A DNA stretch of 64,000 nucleotides from Orbicella franksi (lineage: Eukaryota), in the NCBI GenBank assembly GCA_964199315.1, contig OZ116706.1:27838001-27902000 (forward strand), written 5' to 3'. Shown here one piece after another: positions 38,401 through 51,300 of this stretch. Position 1 is the stretch's first letter; each line of letters starts with the position of its first letter. The notes beneath the pieces are model-generated. The model ran no database searches, was not told the origin of the DNA, and saw nothing but the letters and a program-made list of their open reading frames with translations. The translations under genes were made by a program, and so were the position numbers.

Positions 38401-41400
38401 TAGCTGTTAGAAACGACGAGATATTAAAAACAGTCACTGCAACATTTCTAAATCCACAACAACGACCTGATACAGAACAAATATCAAGAGATTTCATTTC
38501 TTTGAAATTAACTTCTCAACTCATTAATAATTGATAAGTTTAAACAAAGGAAATCACGACCGTGACAGTGTTTAGATGTGTGATCGCGATTAGCACAGAT
38601 TTTTACAATTTTATTTCTCCGTTTTCTGCTAAGTTTTAGTTTCGATTGGGACGATACATGTAGCACTTAAGACAGCCTTTGACCACATTTCCAAACATCT
38701 CAAAGTTCGACAAAAATACTCCATCGTATTTTCAGCTCTCTTCTCAGTGTTTGCAAATGTGGTGAAACACGGTTTTTCGTGTTTGATAGATTACTTCAAT
38801 ATATTCTTACCCAGGGATGGAGACCAGAGCCAAAAGAAACTTCTCAGCTGATCCTAACTGCGTTTTATCTCCGGAAAATCCTTTAAGCATTTCTCTCTGA
38901 GAACACGAAGGACAGTGATTATATGCAAATTTACTGAAGGGCGTTATTTTCCAAAGGATATATCCTACCCTATGGGTTGAAATATACAATAACTCTTCCA
39001 TTTCCAAGATCAAAATATCAGTTCTCTTTAGTGATTGCCATACATCGCTTTCATTGTTAGTTATGAAAATTTGGTGCTTCATTTGACCTCTCTAGAGAGT
39101 TCGGTTATTTGAGGAGCGAAAAACCGCGAGTGCAAAGAAAGGAGAGGGGCTTGGGGAGAGGGGCGAAAGAGCGAAAGAAAGTGTACCCTTATTGATCGTT
39201 TTCTTTGTTCTCATCACCTATCCGTTTGACAATGCAATGGTATTGTAGAGGGAAATAAGATCTTGATATTTGTAACTGACCTCAGTGTTATCTGGTAGAA
39301 TTTTGATGAACGCTTTCAGGACATCAACGTCAAAGGCCTTACTGTCTCCTTTGAGGATGATAGCAACGATTTCTTCATTCGTCCTGGCAGAAAAATTAGA
39401 CAAAAAAAAACAAACAACATTTGATAACCGTTTGAAAAACGCAGGCCCATTGCTCTCTCCATTGCTGGGAGCTTTGCTAACCCTAAATAAAAAACGTTAC
39501 GCCAACTAATGGATAGTGTTAATCCCTTGAACAGCCAAGGCCTGGAGGCACTATGGGAGTAAAGCGTCTTAGACCCTAACCAGGAGTTATTTGGCCTCCG
39601 CACGCACCTGTTGCTCTTTGTTTGGAAAAGGAAATTAGAGGATGCTGAAAGACTTACTTTTTAAACTGCTTCATGAAAATATTAACATTTAGGCTCCTCT
39701 TAGGGTCGAGAAGAGTAATCTGCAATAAAAAGAAATCAAGAAATTTCCTGTCATCAATAAGACCGATTTGTCTTACAACTAAACCTTCTCTTGCTCAAGA
39801 CATGACCCAGAACTAAATACTAGGTTTGTAGAGATACCCTTATGGCCCTAACTAATTTACAGATAGATTCCATGTTGTCGTGCGTCTGTTCAGTAATAGA
39901 TCAAAGATGGATCACACATGACGCCAAAATTTGGTAAGAACAAAAAAATGGCACACGAGGTGTTACGCGAGTTAACGAGTTAATGTGCGAGAGAAACTCG
40001 AGGGAAAGTCTCCGTGTGAGCATTGTTTTTCATTCACCATTTGTTAAAAGACGATCAGTAAACAATAAGGTGCCCGTCTATCCTTACCTCTGAAGGTTCC
40101 TTCTTTTTAGATTCCGTCTTCTTGGCTCCCGCTTTCTTCTGACAAAACCACTCCTCCTCCAGATGAAAATCAGGCTGGATAACTTCCAGGGCAAGGACAC
40201 GAGCCCACACACACGTCTTGCTTCTCTGTATCACGTGCGGGGGCAGTTTCTGCCACGCTAGGGATCGCATCTTACTCTTAGGCTTCACCGCGGGAGTGAG
40301 TGGACAGCTGTAACTCCGTTGCACATTCTGCTGGTAGCCTCGATTGACTCCAAACCCACCAGGCGGAGGGGGAGGGGGCACGCCTCCAGCTCCTGGAGGA
40401 GGTGGGGGTGGAGGAACCCCGCCCATACCGGGTAAAGGAGGAGGTGGAGGTGCCCCGCCCATCCCTGGAAGAGGAGGGGGCGGAGGCACTCCTCCCATCC
40501 CAGGTAAAGGAGGAGGCGGAGGTACCCCGCCCATGCCTGGAAGAGGAGGGGGTGGAGGTACCCCACCCATACCTGGGAGAGGAGGAGGTGGAGGTACGCC
40601 ACCCACACCTGGAAGAGGAGGGGGCGGAGGCACTCCTCCCATCCCAGGTAAAGGAGGAGGCGGAGGTACCCCACCCATGCCTGGAAGAGGAGGAGGCGGA
40701 GGCACCCCACCCATGCCTGGAAGAGGAGGAGGCGGAGGCACCCCACCCGTACCTAGAGGAGGTGGTGGAGGCGCTGGAGGTGGAGGAACTCCACAATTTC
40801 CTGGTGTTGTTGTCTCCGTCGGAGGTGGAGGAGAGGCTGGTCTCCCGTACGGAAAACTGGTATCTTGTCCAGGTAATGGAGGGGGTGGAGGTGGGGGCGG
40901 TGGAGGCTGGGCATGGGTTGATTCTGCCTGACTCGCCACTACTTGACAATTGTCATTTAATGATTTTCCAGGGAGCTGTGTCGGTGTCGGTGCCGGTGCT
41001 GGTGCCGGGGGTGCATTGGATTCTCTAAGTTCAATAGCTACACTTTCCAGGTCTAGCATAAGATCAGGGCTGGACGACCGCTCCTCGGTTTCTTTGTTAC
41101 TTTGTATAATGTCTTCAAGAATTTTAACAGACGAAGCAGGGGGTGGTGCTTCGTCAAAAAATGTCACTGGGCACGCTTCCTCTAATGCCGTGTCTGTGGC
41201 CGAGGCTTGAATTTCTTCAAACACCTCCTCTGCTACAACAGGTGTAGAATTGGGGCCGTCATCAGAGACGGAACGTACGCAAGCTGAACGCACATCTTCC
41301 GTGGACTGTTGAGCCACAGACATCCGCTGGCTCATGTTTTCATCAAAAGAATCATTTCGATCAGCACTGCGTTGTCTTGTAGAAGTCTCTCCATTTTCTA

Positions 41401-44400
41401 AGCCCACGAGTTCTTTCTCGCCGGCTTCCAAGAGAGCGTCTACTCGGCTGGCGCTTTCAAGGTTCACAGCTCGTTTGACGAGTTTCTCGATCACCTCCCA
41501 AACAGAGTCCGACACAGGCGAATCGTCTTCTATAAGAAGCAGGTTTTGCAGGATACTTAACAGGTTTACACCTTGAGGTTTGTTGCTGACCTAGTGCGGA
41601 TGACACACAAATTTAAGTAAAGAGAAAGTCAAGGGTTACATGTTATTGTTGATACATGTTGAATGTTTCTAGTGGTCAGTGCGCTTAGCTACAACTAGCT
41701 AGTTCTCAGGCATGCCACTTAAACTGAAAGAAAGAAACATTTCAAATAAACATAATAGGCTCAAACATTCCAACTGGAGGGAGGCAAACCAGTTGGCTAT
41801 TTACAAGCATGACCGAGGAGTTGAAATAGGGACTACCGGGAAACAATACCAGCTAAGTGGTCAGAGCGGGACTTGAACCCGCGCCCTGCGGATTTCAAGT
41901 CCGGCGCCCGAACCACTTGGCCTCGCTGCCTCTCAAAAGGGTAAGAGAGTTAATCCTTAAATAGGTCTTAATCCCGAGGTCATTCCACTAGAGTTTTTTT
42001 AGATCACCACAAAAATGCAGACGACAAAAGTGCAAAACATACCTTTCTAAAAAGGGCATGAAACACATCTAAATGAGAGGTAAGGTTAACCCCCTCCGGG
42101 GAACTCAGATCATCTTCATCTTCCAGTCTTTGTTCTTCAAACACATCAAGTTGAACCAACAACTCTTCATCGTCGTTATGCCTGTAAAGAGTCAATAAGA
42201 TGAATAAAGTTTCTTCACTGCACAGCAGTGCTGAACCGATTTCGCAATAGTAAGCGTGCGGTACGAAATTATTCGTAGGGTAAGGATTTTCATTGCTTAG
42301 GGAACGTGTGCCTAATTAAGTTTTCAAAGAGCTCTGTTTTCAAAATGGTTTTTTTCCATCCACACGAAAACGAAAAGCTGGTGTTTTCAAAAAAGCTTAG
42401 TGTAAACGGTAGGCCTAATCGTAGAGAGAAAGCTCCGTTTTCAAATTTATCCGGCTGAGGGTGGACTGGGCTAGTGCTGTAGTATTTGAAAAACATTCGA
42501 AACTGGGCGCAGGGTACGGCAAAGTGCTATTAAACCAAGTCAACCAACCACGTTAAAGATCGGAAGAACATTGTGCCAGATGTTCTCTCTCAAGGAATGT
42601 GAAGTCTGGGTTGCGAGTTAAATTACCCCACACAGAATATTTCAGCAACTTCAATCTGCATCACCCCCGACAGTCACGAAATAAATTACTTATCTTTGTT
42701 ATCTTGCGACCGACGCAGTTGGATTCTGAGTAGAACACAAATACTTCGTTGACAGCCAACATTTCACGCCGCAGAAAAAAATCAGTGTTTTAAAACTCAA
42801 ACTGTAAAATTAAACTGATCACTTCTTTAATTCATTAAACTTCGCTAGTTATTCCAGAGGTCCCATCTCATAATTCGAATTCTCATTACTTGTTCACATA
42901 CATTGTTTTTATGCTAGAATTGAGGATTTGGAGGCACATAAAGACAATATCCGCCAATTGATCATTTTCTGTATTCTCCTCATCTTTTAGTTTGAAAATG
43001 AACTGATATTGTAATGAGACTGAAGATGTTTATCAGTCATTGGTTAACCGAACTTGTGTACGTGGTCTTGTGGTTTTTATGCTTAATTTAAAACACAACA
43101 AGCGTGCCAAAAAATGTGTCAACGAATTCACTTCCTCATTGATACGCCTAAGAGTACTGCAAGTAAAACCTGAAACTAGTAGAACAGATGAATAAGATTG
43201 TCTGCCGGTTCGTCAGTAAAAGATTCGCAATTTTTACCGTTGGAAACAAGCAAGTGCAAGCTACATAAATCATCTGTCACTCAAAAAAGAAATATGGGAA
43301 CCGTTGTTAGCATTAATATTTTCCAACTCTAAACATTTTTAACCTGTTATCTAATTTCTTACCTTAGATTACTCAGAATGTCCAATAGTCCCAGCCCTGT
43401 AGACGAATAAATCGGGGCCATTAAATTTCAACGAAACAGGACTCCATGCTGGTCTGCTTTCCACCCACAAAATAACCTAAAAAATGCTCTTCTCTCTCGG
43501 CATTCGGTGAGCAAACTCTATCCAAACAATTTGGCGATATCACGAACGTCCGTGGAAATAAAATACTCGCTCGTTTTCGAAAAATATGCGGTAACACCGC
43601 AAAAACGTTTTGTTGTGAAAAAACGTCCGTGTTAACAGCTCAATCTCACTTGCTAGTTCGCCAGGAATTGGATTCGTTGAGTCGAGCTTTGAATGTAAAC
43701 GTTCTGTTTTTGTCCAATTGCGATAAATATTTAAACCACAAACATTTTATCCCTCAATTTTTTCTCTGCTGGAAACGTGACAGAGCCGAACAGTAGGAAG
43801 AGAGCTCGAACCAATTATTTTGGCAACATGCGAGCCGCGATAAGCGACAAGTGTTTAGAAAACAAAATACCGGGAGAATTGAAATGACAATTATATCTAT
43901 TCAAATTCTGCGACGATCCCCTCATTTTCCAGTCGTTAAGACTTTTAAAAATAAAATTAAAGCTTGAAGGCTTCTTAAAATCTTCACAAGAAACTGATGT
44001 GTTTCTTGATACTGTCGGGCGACTGAGAAAATTCTTCGCTCTTCAAATGGTTTCTGTTTCCTTTCTCATTCTTGCCTATTCTAGTCATTCACGGGGCATA
44101 AATGTTTTGTACAGGCTGCATTCTCACAATAGGGCAAGTCTTTGTTAAGTAATATTTTCCTAATTAGCATGAGCGATTCAATTTCTGATCAAGCTACAAA
44201 AATATCAGTTCTAAATATTGAAAGGGCATGACACGATTAGCTGTCCCAAGAAATTTGAGCCCAATGCACTGAATACTTTTTGTGCTACGCGGGTTAAACA
44301 CAACTCAACCCTGATTTCACAAAGAATGTACGCATTCACTAGCGCTTTTGCCACCAAGAAATTTTTGCAGTTTTTTAAAGCTAATTTCTCCTTAAATATC

Positions 44401-46028
44401 ATACCCAAAGAGCCAAAAATTTCGCCAATTACTATGTTTCACAAGCTCTTTAAATTTTTGAGTCAATTCGAACCTAACATGATGCTTTCTCCACGTAAAG
44501 TCATATGTTAATATAAACAATAACGTCAGCAACGACTGCTCTATGGAGCAGATTTCACTTGAGTGTCGAAAGTAATTCGCATTTCCGCTAGTTTTGGTTT
44601 ATCACGTTGGTGATTTGTTTAAAAATTGCGTCACGTTCTCAACCAATCAGAAGTAAAACCAGAACGAATCGTTACTCACTCCCACACGTTTTCCCGCGCT
44701 TTGCGTCCGCTACATGTAATTCCTTTGAATTTTGATTGGTTCCCTGGATTGCCTGTATCCTTTGTGATTGGCTAGAGTGATAACTTTGATTTTGGTTTTA
44801 CCACACGCAGTTGAAAACTCTTCTGATGCTACTAGTTACAAATCTGAAAATTAAATGGAATCTTGTTGATTTTTGTTTGCTATTCTAAACGGTCTTCAGG
44901 TTTTTCACTCCAATATTGTGACAATTGTTCAAAATCAACACTATCTAATTTTGCATGAATTGTTCATGGCAGCGCATTATTTTACCGTCTTGCTTTTTGT
45001 TAGGTTGCAAGGGACGTCAATAATTTCATGATTTGGAAGTTAGCTATTCCAGCAAAGAAAAAATACGTAGCACAAAAACAGTGAATCAAATCCTGCTTTT
45101 TTTCTTAGGGATTTTCCCTCTCACCTGCAAACTCGTTCCGTAGTCTCACGCGCTCTTCAAAGTCTTCCGTAGCTATTAGTATGGTGTTAATGAAGGCCAG
45201 GCATGTGGTCATGTACGGCACAACTTCGGCATTTTTTAATTCGTTGATGATTAAGCTAAATCTGTATCTTTGTCCTTTGGTGAGCTGCGTTTTAAAGAGT
45301 GATAAAAACTGTGACGTTAGCACTAATGTACATTTCAGGTCCAATTAAAGCTATATTTAGCAAATAAAAATACTTACCAAAGACGAAGGATATTTTAAAA
45401 AATTCGAGCCTTACGCGAGGTTTCATCTACATTTCTTTTTTATATTTCTTTCTTTCTTAAAACGAATTGAAAGATTTCTCGCCGAACTAGAACCTAGCAA
45501 TGAATTTCAGGGTCACTTTAGCGGGGTAATAACTACTTCGTCTACTTGTGGTTTTCCGGAGGAATTAATGAGGTTTTCTGGCCTCTGTTTGCAACATCTA
45601 GGAGTTAAAAGCGGCTAGGACTTACGATTTAACCCGGCAAAATCCCGTTTTGCTAGAGTTCTTCCCTGTAACTGACCAGTCCTTGGCTTTCTCAATTTCT
45701 AAGGATTCCATACAAGTGTTAATTACGAGTATAAACCTTATAAAATAATTGATGGGTTTCCTCATTCTCATTACCTGCCTACTTCACAGCCAGCGATACT
45801 GTAAGAGAAATTAGTTGATAATCCTTAAGCTAACACCTGTGGAGATCCAATCCGTCTTATTTCATAATTTTCCATTCTATGCCTTAAGCTCAGATATTTT
45901 GCGTCAAATTACCTTGTAATTCTCGAGAGCATCGATCGCCAGCTGATGTCCTTGGTTGGAATAAAGACACAGCGCTGAAAGGAGCTCGAAGACCTGTTTT
46001 TTAATCATAGTGTTGTTTGTGTCGAGCG
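35457..46028 (-). CDS. INF2: Inverted formin (INF2/FHDC1 family) constant region: rest of DID, FH1, FH2, WH2/DAD. Exons 46028-45913, 45284-45125, 43396-43363, 42181-42043, 41590-40088, 39719-39658, 39383-39281, 38896-38811, 38403-38303, 37753-37683, 37570-37463, 37039-36969, 36663-36543, 36402-36238, 35858-35457
   Basis: All 15 exons have GT-AG ends and consecutive phases agree (3242 nt; with a 397-nt first exon, 3639 nt = 1212 aa plus stop). Motifs: [24 protein letters not shown] (INF2 DID), poly-Pro FH1, [68 protein letters not shown] (FH2), [19 protein letters not shown] (INF2-type WH2/DAD, 35717-35661). Confidence 0.95.
40350..40750 (-). repeat. Coding 36-bp tandem repeat of the FH1 domain ([12 protein letters not shown] x9 plus 2 degenerate units)
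   Basis: Read directly from ORF 40055-41515. Confidence 0.95.
41645..41932 (-). mobile_element. tRNA-derived SINE in a formin intron
   Basis: Minus-strand head GAGGCAGCGAGGCCAAGTGG (A box)...GGACTTGAAATCC (tRNA-Ser(TGA)-like anticodon arm)...GGGTTCAAGTCCC (B box), no acceptor-stem pairing, followed by a non-tRNA body. Confidence 0.75.
42295..42480. mobile_element. Partial copy of the GTCCACAC-TIR MITE family also at 46179-46521, opposite orientation
   Basis: Shares TTAGTGTAAACGGTAGGCCTAA (reverse complement of TTAGGCCTACCGTCCACACTAA at 46212) and GCTCCGTTTTCAAA motifs. Confidence 0.65.
44546..44824. mobile_element. MITE-like dispersed repeat with CCAATCA/TGATTGG cores; related fragment at about 37180-37380
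   Basis: Degenerate inverted ends GAGCAGATTTCACTTGAGTGTCGAAAG ... TTTTACCACACGCAGTTGAAAACTCTTCT; internal TTTTCCCGCGCTT motif shared with 37240-37350. Confidence 0.55.
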
Positions 46029-46178
46029 CTGAAATCAAAAGAAGAGAAAAGTGAATAAGCTAGAGAGCCCTGCGTACGTTTTCACATGCTAACCTGGCGA
46101 GAAAAAATAACATAGTCAGTTAAAGAGAAAATAAATTGGGGAACCAATTACCCAACTCATTCCTTTTCTTTTGAATAT

Positions 46179-46521
46179 GGCCTCGTCCACACTATAGCTT
46201 TATTTCTACAGTTAGGCCTACCGTCCACACTAATCCGTCAAGAAAACGGAGCTTTTCGAAAACACTCTTCAAACCGGGGGAACTTGAACACATCGACTTT
46301 GCGTTTTAGTGTGGAGGGAAAACGTTTTGAAAACGGAGCTTTTCACGATAATAATGTAATTTCCCCGACCGAGCTTCCTCAAACACAAATCCAAAATGAC
46401 CGGTGATTGTTGCGTTTTCAAATTCCTCAGGCATAGTGCGGACGGAAAAGATTTGATCCGTTTTCAGAGTGAAACCTGAAAACGAAGAGTGAAATTCCTC
46501 CGGCATTGTGTGGACAGGGCC
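46179..46521. mobile_element. Non-autonomous DNA transposon (MITE), about 340 bp
   Basis: Inverted ends GGCCTCGTCCACAC ... GTGTGGACAGGGCC; repeated GAAAACGGAGCTTTTC motifs; superfamily uncertain (PIF/Harbinger-like is a guess). Confidence 0.75.
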
Positions 46522-47942
46522 TAACACCACATACAAAATTAATAAACAGAGACAAACTGGTGGAAAAACTTATTTTTGGTATCAGTGCCAAGAGTACTCT
46601 CGCAAAAATACGTATTTTGTGTATTTTTAGCGCAAACAATAGCAATTTTTTATTCGTAAGTAAAACACTTATTACTCGGCACGCGAACTGCGAAAGTAAC
46701 TTGTCAGCCAGCTAGAGTATTACTGAAAACTTTCTTTAAATCGGGTTTAATTAAAAACAGAGCGAAAACCACTGAGTCCTTCGTAGGCATTCAGAAGTTT
46801 TAATGAGACAAAGCACAATCTTGAAAAAGATTTTATCACTTACGTAAAATAATTGCTACAAAGAGCTCAGTAATTATCACTAAAATGATTCTCTCGTAAA
46901 TTGAATTTTCCAGCTTATAAAAATGTCATTCAATACCCCTTAAAAATTTCCAGTGATGTATAGTTCTCTTTAAAAAAAATTCCACAATAAGACGTTCTTT
47001 TTAATTAACTTTTTTGGGGAAAATGGCACGGAATATAGTATTTTGATATTAAATTTCAAAGAGGGCGAGATGACATTTAGCTTGCAAATAAGAAACTTCT
47101 CGTCGACACAATAACTCTTTCAGTCATTAGCTTATTGGTTGCTTGAATGATTAAAACTCCTCTTCAACAGACACGTGTAGGACAACAAAGACCCACAATG
47201 AGACATTTGAAATTAAAGTGTCAAGACACGCGACAAAAAAGTACACACTCCTTCATATATCAACCTCACTTGGCAATGTTCAGAAAAGCAATCATTAAAG
47301 TCACTAAAATGAACACTAATGATAAACAATTTTTGCACGAGCCAAGAACGAGAAAGAATTTTATGATTTTAGTTTCCCAAAAACGAAAAAAAACAGAGCC
47401 ACTTTGTATCCTGCGTTTTCGCCAAGGGTTTCAATTCCTTTTACAAGTTCTCAATGATAAAACACTCGCTGAAACAAAACTCTAATTATGTGCTTCTCAT
47501 TTCTTTCACTGCGTGAGAACAAGTTTGAAATTTATCAAGTGTTTCAACCCAAAGTCAATAAAAACTGGTTAATTACCAAGCGAGGGAAAATTTCTGACAT
47601 GTTTTGGAAAACGGAGACATTTATATCAAGAAAAAAAAAACGTCTTTCTTCCCTCATGTTATGGAAATAATTTACGAGTTTTGTAGACGCAACAATATTA
47701 CTGTAAATGAGAAAAGTTATGATGCTTCGCAGAAAGTCTGTTCTGTAAATTAATCACTCTTTACAAGATGGCCCCTCATCACGTGAGATTCACAAAGTCA
47801 TGTATCCACGACACAAAAGAAACACCCTACCTAACAGAAATCGAAGATCCGCTTGCGAGTAATTTGTTGGCAAAATACCCTTGTGTTTCTTATTAAAAAA
47901 ATATAAATATTCTTCATTGAGGAATATAACATGAAAGCTAAC

Positions 47943-48339
47943 CTTCAACAAGGTTCCTTACTAAAGTGCTGTTTTGTACCATTGAATCGAGCCCTTGTTT
48001 AGAATTCATGACTGCTTTGATGCAATTAACACATTCAAGTTGCAGAAACGCCTCGACAAACGCCATTCTTCCACCTCGACTTAATCTTTCCAAAGCTTGA
48101 AAGAGCACTTCCATACCACCTTCAGAGAGAAATTCCGCGATCCATTCCGGGGAGCTTGTTTGAAGTTTTGTCTTGAGTCCCGAGAAATTTCGTAGACACG
48201 AGGAACTGAGCAGTCGAACGCAAAGCTCGGCCGAGACATCGGTGGAAATGGAAAAGTTCTCGATTTGTTTTCCATCAGTGGTGCAGTTGAACTGCTGGCG
48301 AACTACAGTCCACCTCTTCGCCACTTTAACATTGGCCAT
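47943..48339 (-). CDS. INF2: Formin variable first coding exon A (132 codons + 1 nt): MANVKVAKRWTVVRQQF...LVE
   Basis: ATG 48339; SAELCVRLL...EWIAEFLSEGGMEVLFQAL...LQLECVNCIKAVMNS; donor GAAG|GTTAGC, phase 1, in frame with constant exon 46028 (G|CG = Ala). Confidence 0.92.
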
Positions 48340-51300
48340 CACTGATAACGGAGTTGGAACAGCGAGCAATAAAGTTGCCGCAACCAACCAAAATATATCA
48401 ACAACCCGTTTGCGGTCAGCGAAAAAAACCCTTTCAAAGTCATTAACCACCTCCAAGAATGCTATAGATTTTATAAGACTTACTAGTTCCTCCGTAACAA
48501 TTAACAACGTTAACAAAGTCTCTCGTGTTGATATGACATGTCATCGGCCCTTGTAGCAATAAATATACTCGGAATGATTAAAACTTGCCACGCAACCCTT
48601 GCCTCGAAACGATGTTCGATAATCTTGATGCACGCAAAAAAAAATTCGGTTCGTTGGCGGATGAATGGACTCCGTCCAAGTTATCGAGAGGCGAGACAGA
48701 ATTTTTAAAATAAAGTGCAAACAATCGCTTGCAGACGTCGCAAATTGAATGGTTTGTTAATCATTTAGCCAGTGCTTTTACAGTAAAAGACCCAAATTGT
48801 AATTACAGCAGAATAGTAAATGAGCCACCCCAACTGACTTGAATGTCTCCGTTGACTTAAAGATATGGAGATTATTTAAAAATAAAGGAAGGAATTATTC
48901 TTCACAGGTTTTGATATACAGCGTCTTGTTTTGATGAATTTCAAGTCTTTGAAACTATGAACATTTTAAAAGCGTGCATTCTGTGGGGTTCCAACTTTAG
49001 ACTTCTGAAATGATTTGAATAGGTATGTCACATAATACGTAATTATTTATTTCAAATAGAAAGCATTTATTTCGTGCAGTTGCGAAATAACGACGGTTGT
49101 CTTGTAATTTGTCGCCCTTCGCCCAACTACTGAGATTAATTTGAAGAAAAAAATTTCAATATTTTTGAAATGACATTTCAACAGTACACTATGGATGTCT
49201 TATATAGGAAACACCATTTACTAAATAAATGATTTTTAACTTCCTCCCCCTGGCGTAGACGGTAAATTGAAGTTTTGCAACTGAAGGCAACCGTCAAAAG
49301 ATTCTAAAATTGTGGAAAGTAATGACTGCTTTTGACAGTAGGTTGGTGCCGGAGCGCTGGGAAGAGAGGGCCGCGAAAAAGGTAATGTTGCAATTTGCAT
49401 CAATTAATGCTTTCGTGTTATTTTCGAACCCTCGACCGGCCAACACGGATACATCGTAAATTGCAGTAACATTTCCAACGTATTTTTACCCCCAATGTTC
49501 GTCTTTTGATTAGTTGTTTTGGTACTAGACAACAGAATGTACAAGATATTGCAAGGGAAACTAAGGGATTTTGCCCATTCTGCGAAATTTTATAAAGAAA
49601 GCATACAAATGCCGTACACAATATAATTCACGCAAGAAACGGACAAAGGCGTTTCAAAACCCATTCATCATATTCATTAGAAACGTTTGTTGCACTGATC
49701 ACTTGATTCTAACAGAACTCTTTAAAACAAACAAGTTAATAGTTTGAGCATTACTTTAGAGTGAAACCTTTAAAAAACAAAGGGTATGTTACAAGCCGTA
49801 TGCTAATCTCTTGTTAATGGCTCATTGAAACTCAATCCGAAAATAAGCTCTCATTCTTAAAGCGATTTTTGTAAAATTACTTTAGAAAGATCGGCACAGA
49901 CCGAAAAAGAAAACGGGTTATGTTTTAAATGGAATATAAAAAATACTTTGGCTTTGTTTCTATACATGTAACAGAAACTCAGGCAGTTTCTGAACACATT
50001 GAGAATAACTCTGAACTACTGTGGAAGCAGTTGTCTACGCGAAGCCTATTTTCCACAACACGATCGTTTGGCTTTTATCCTCACGCACTCATTTTCATAT
50101 CTTTCTGATGTCAAAATACAGTGCTGTTTTCTATTCAGCTCAACACACAATAGCTAGGAACAAGTGCTGTGCCTCCATACACAACTAAACTACGATATAA
50201 TTTAAACCATAGCACATCGAAACTTCTCTTTCCTTTTTGACCAGCGCAAATTGTAGCGGTAAGGGCGACCCATTCGTTTCATAAGGATTACATCGTCTAG
50301 TTGAATCAGGAAATGTGTTTTGCTACGAGAATTGACTGTGAACGTCCTTTACAGAAGGTTTTGCTTGCAGGGTGTCTTGGTGGATTTGTTATCACGCAAA
50401 CAAGTCCAGTCAATCTCTTTGCAAATGGCAACACAAAGTTCATTTGTTATCATATCGGCCAGTATTGTTTCAAGCACTCAAATTTTACATTTTTCCTTTT
50501 GCCTTTAATTATTGCATTCCTTGGCCGACGCGAACACGTCAAAATAAACTAAATCGAAAACATAAAATAAGACCGAAACTAGATTCAGGACTTACTTAAA
50601 TGGTTCTTCAACCTTATTTCTTTCTGAACTTGAAGAAAACAAACTGAAACCGCGATAGCGAGAACACATTTTTAGGATATGAGCTGGGAGAGCACCATTA
50701 TCTCGTTTTTAATTAAACTGATGCTGAAACGAATTCTAAAGTTGGTTCGTCGAGGGAGGCGTCAATAAAATGGCTTTAAAAATGTTGTCAATTCTATGAC
50801 AGGTTTTTAGAGTTCTCCCGTGAAGAACAAGCAATTTTTAAATATTTAAAATGGACTTTTCTGTCTGGCTGGGTTATGAAGCTGTCGACAGTACTATTAT
50901 TATGCATGTATGCGGTAATGTGACAAGCATATAGATAGTAATTCAATAGTAACTTAGTAATGGACCCATATTTCATTTCGTTAAAACTAAAACGACTTTT
51001 TTAATCTTTATAGTCAATAGAATATCTGCTTCCAAGGGAACGACTACGAAATAAACAAGCACGCGCGAAATTATATCTCTTTCACACCAATCAGATCGCC
51101 CTTGCTAAAAATTTCAAGAACAAAATTTCCATAAGAAATGTCCACACGAAATGTTTTTTCCTGCAGTAATTGTAAGAAAAGGGCTGATCTTTAACCCTCT
51201 TGATTCCAAACTTGACAGATCTCCTTCTGATTGTCAAATTTTCGTTTTTCTTTCGCGAAGTTCCGGACCAATACCGCGCGAGCGAGGTATTTCATTGAAT

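Noticed and set aside
40278-41210. Several long overlapping ORFs (Gly-rich, Glu-rich, Leu/Trp-rich) in other frames and on the + strand
   Set aside because: By-products of the stop-poor 36-bp FH1 repeat; not independent genes.
41858-41932. tRNA-Ser(TGA)-like sequence
   Set aside because: No acceptor stem and it continues into a SINE body; treated as a SINE head, not a tRNA gene.
48340-48516. In-frame upstream extensions of the exon A ORF (and 52412-52618 for exon B)
   Set aside because: They begin at non-ATG starts, have no homology to paralogs, and the ATGs at 48339 and 52411 align with the INF2 N-terminus.
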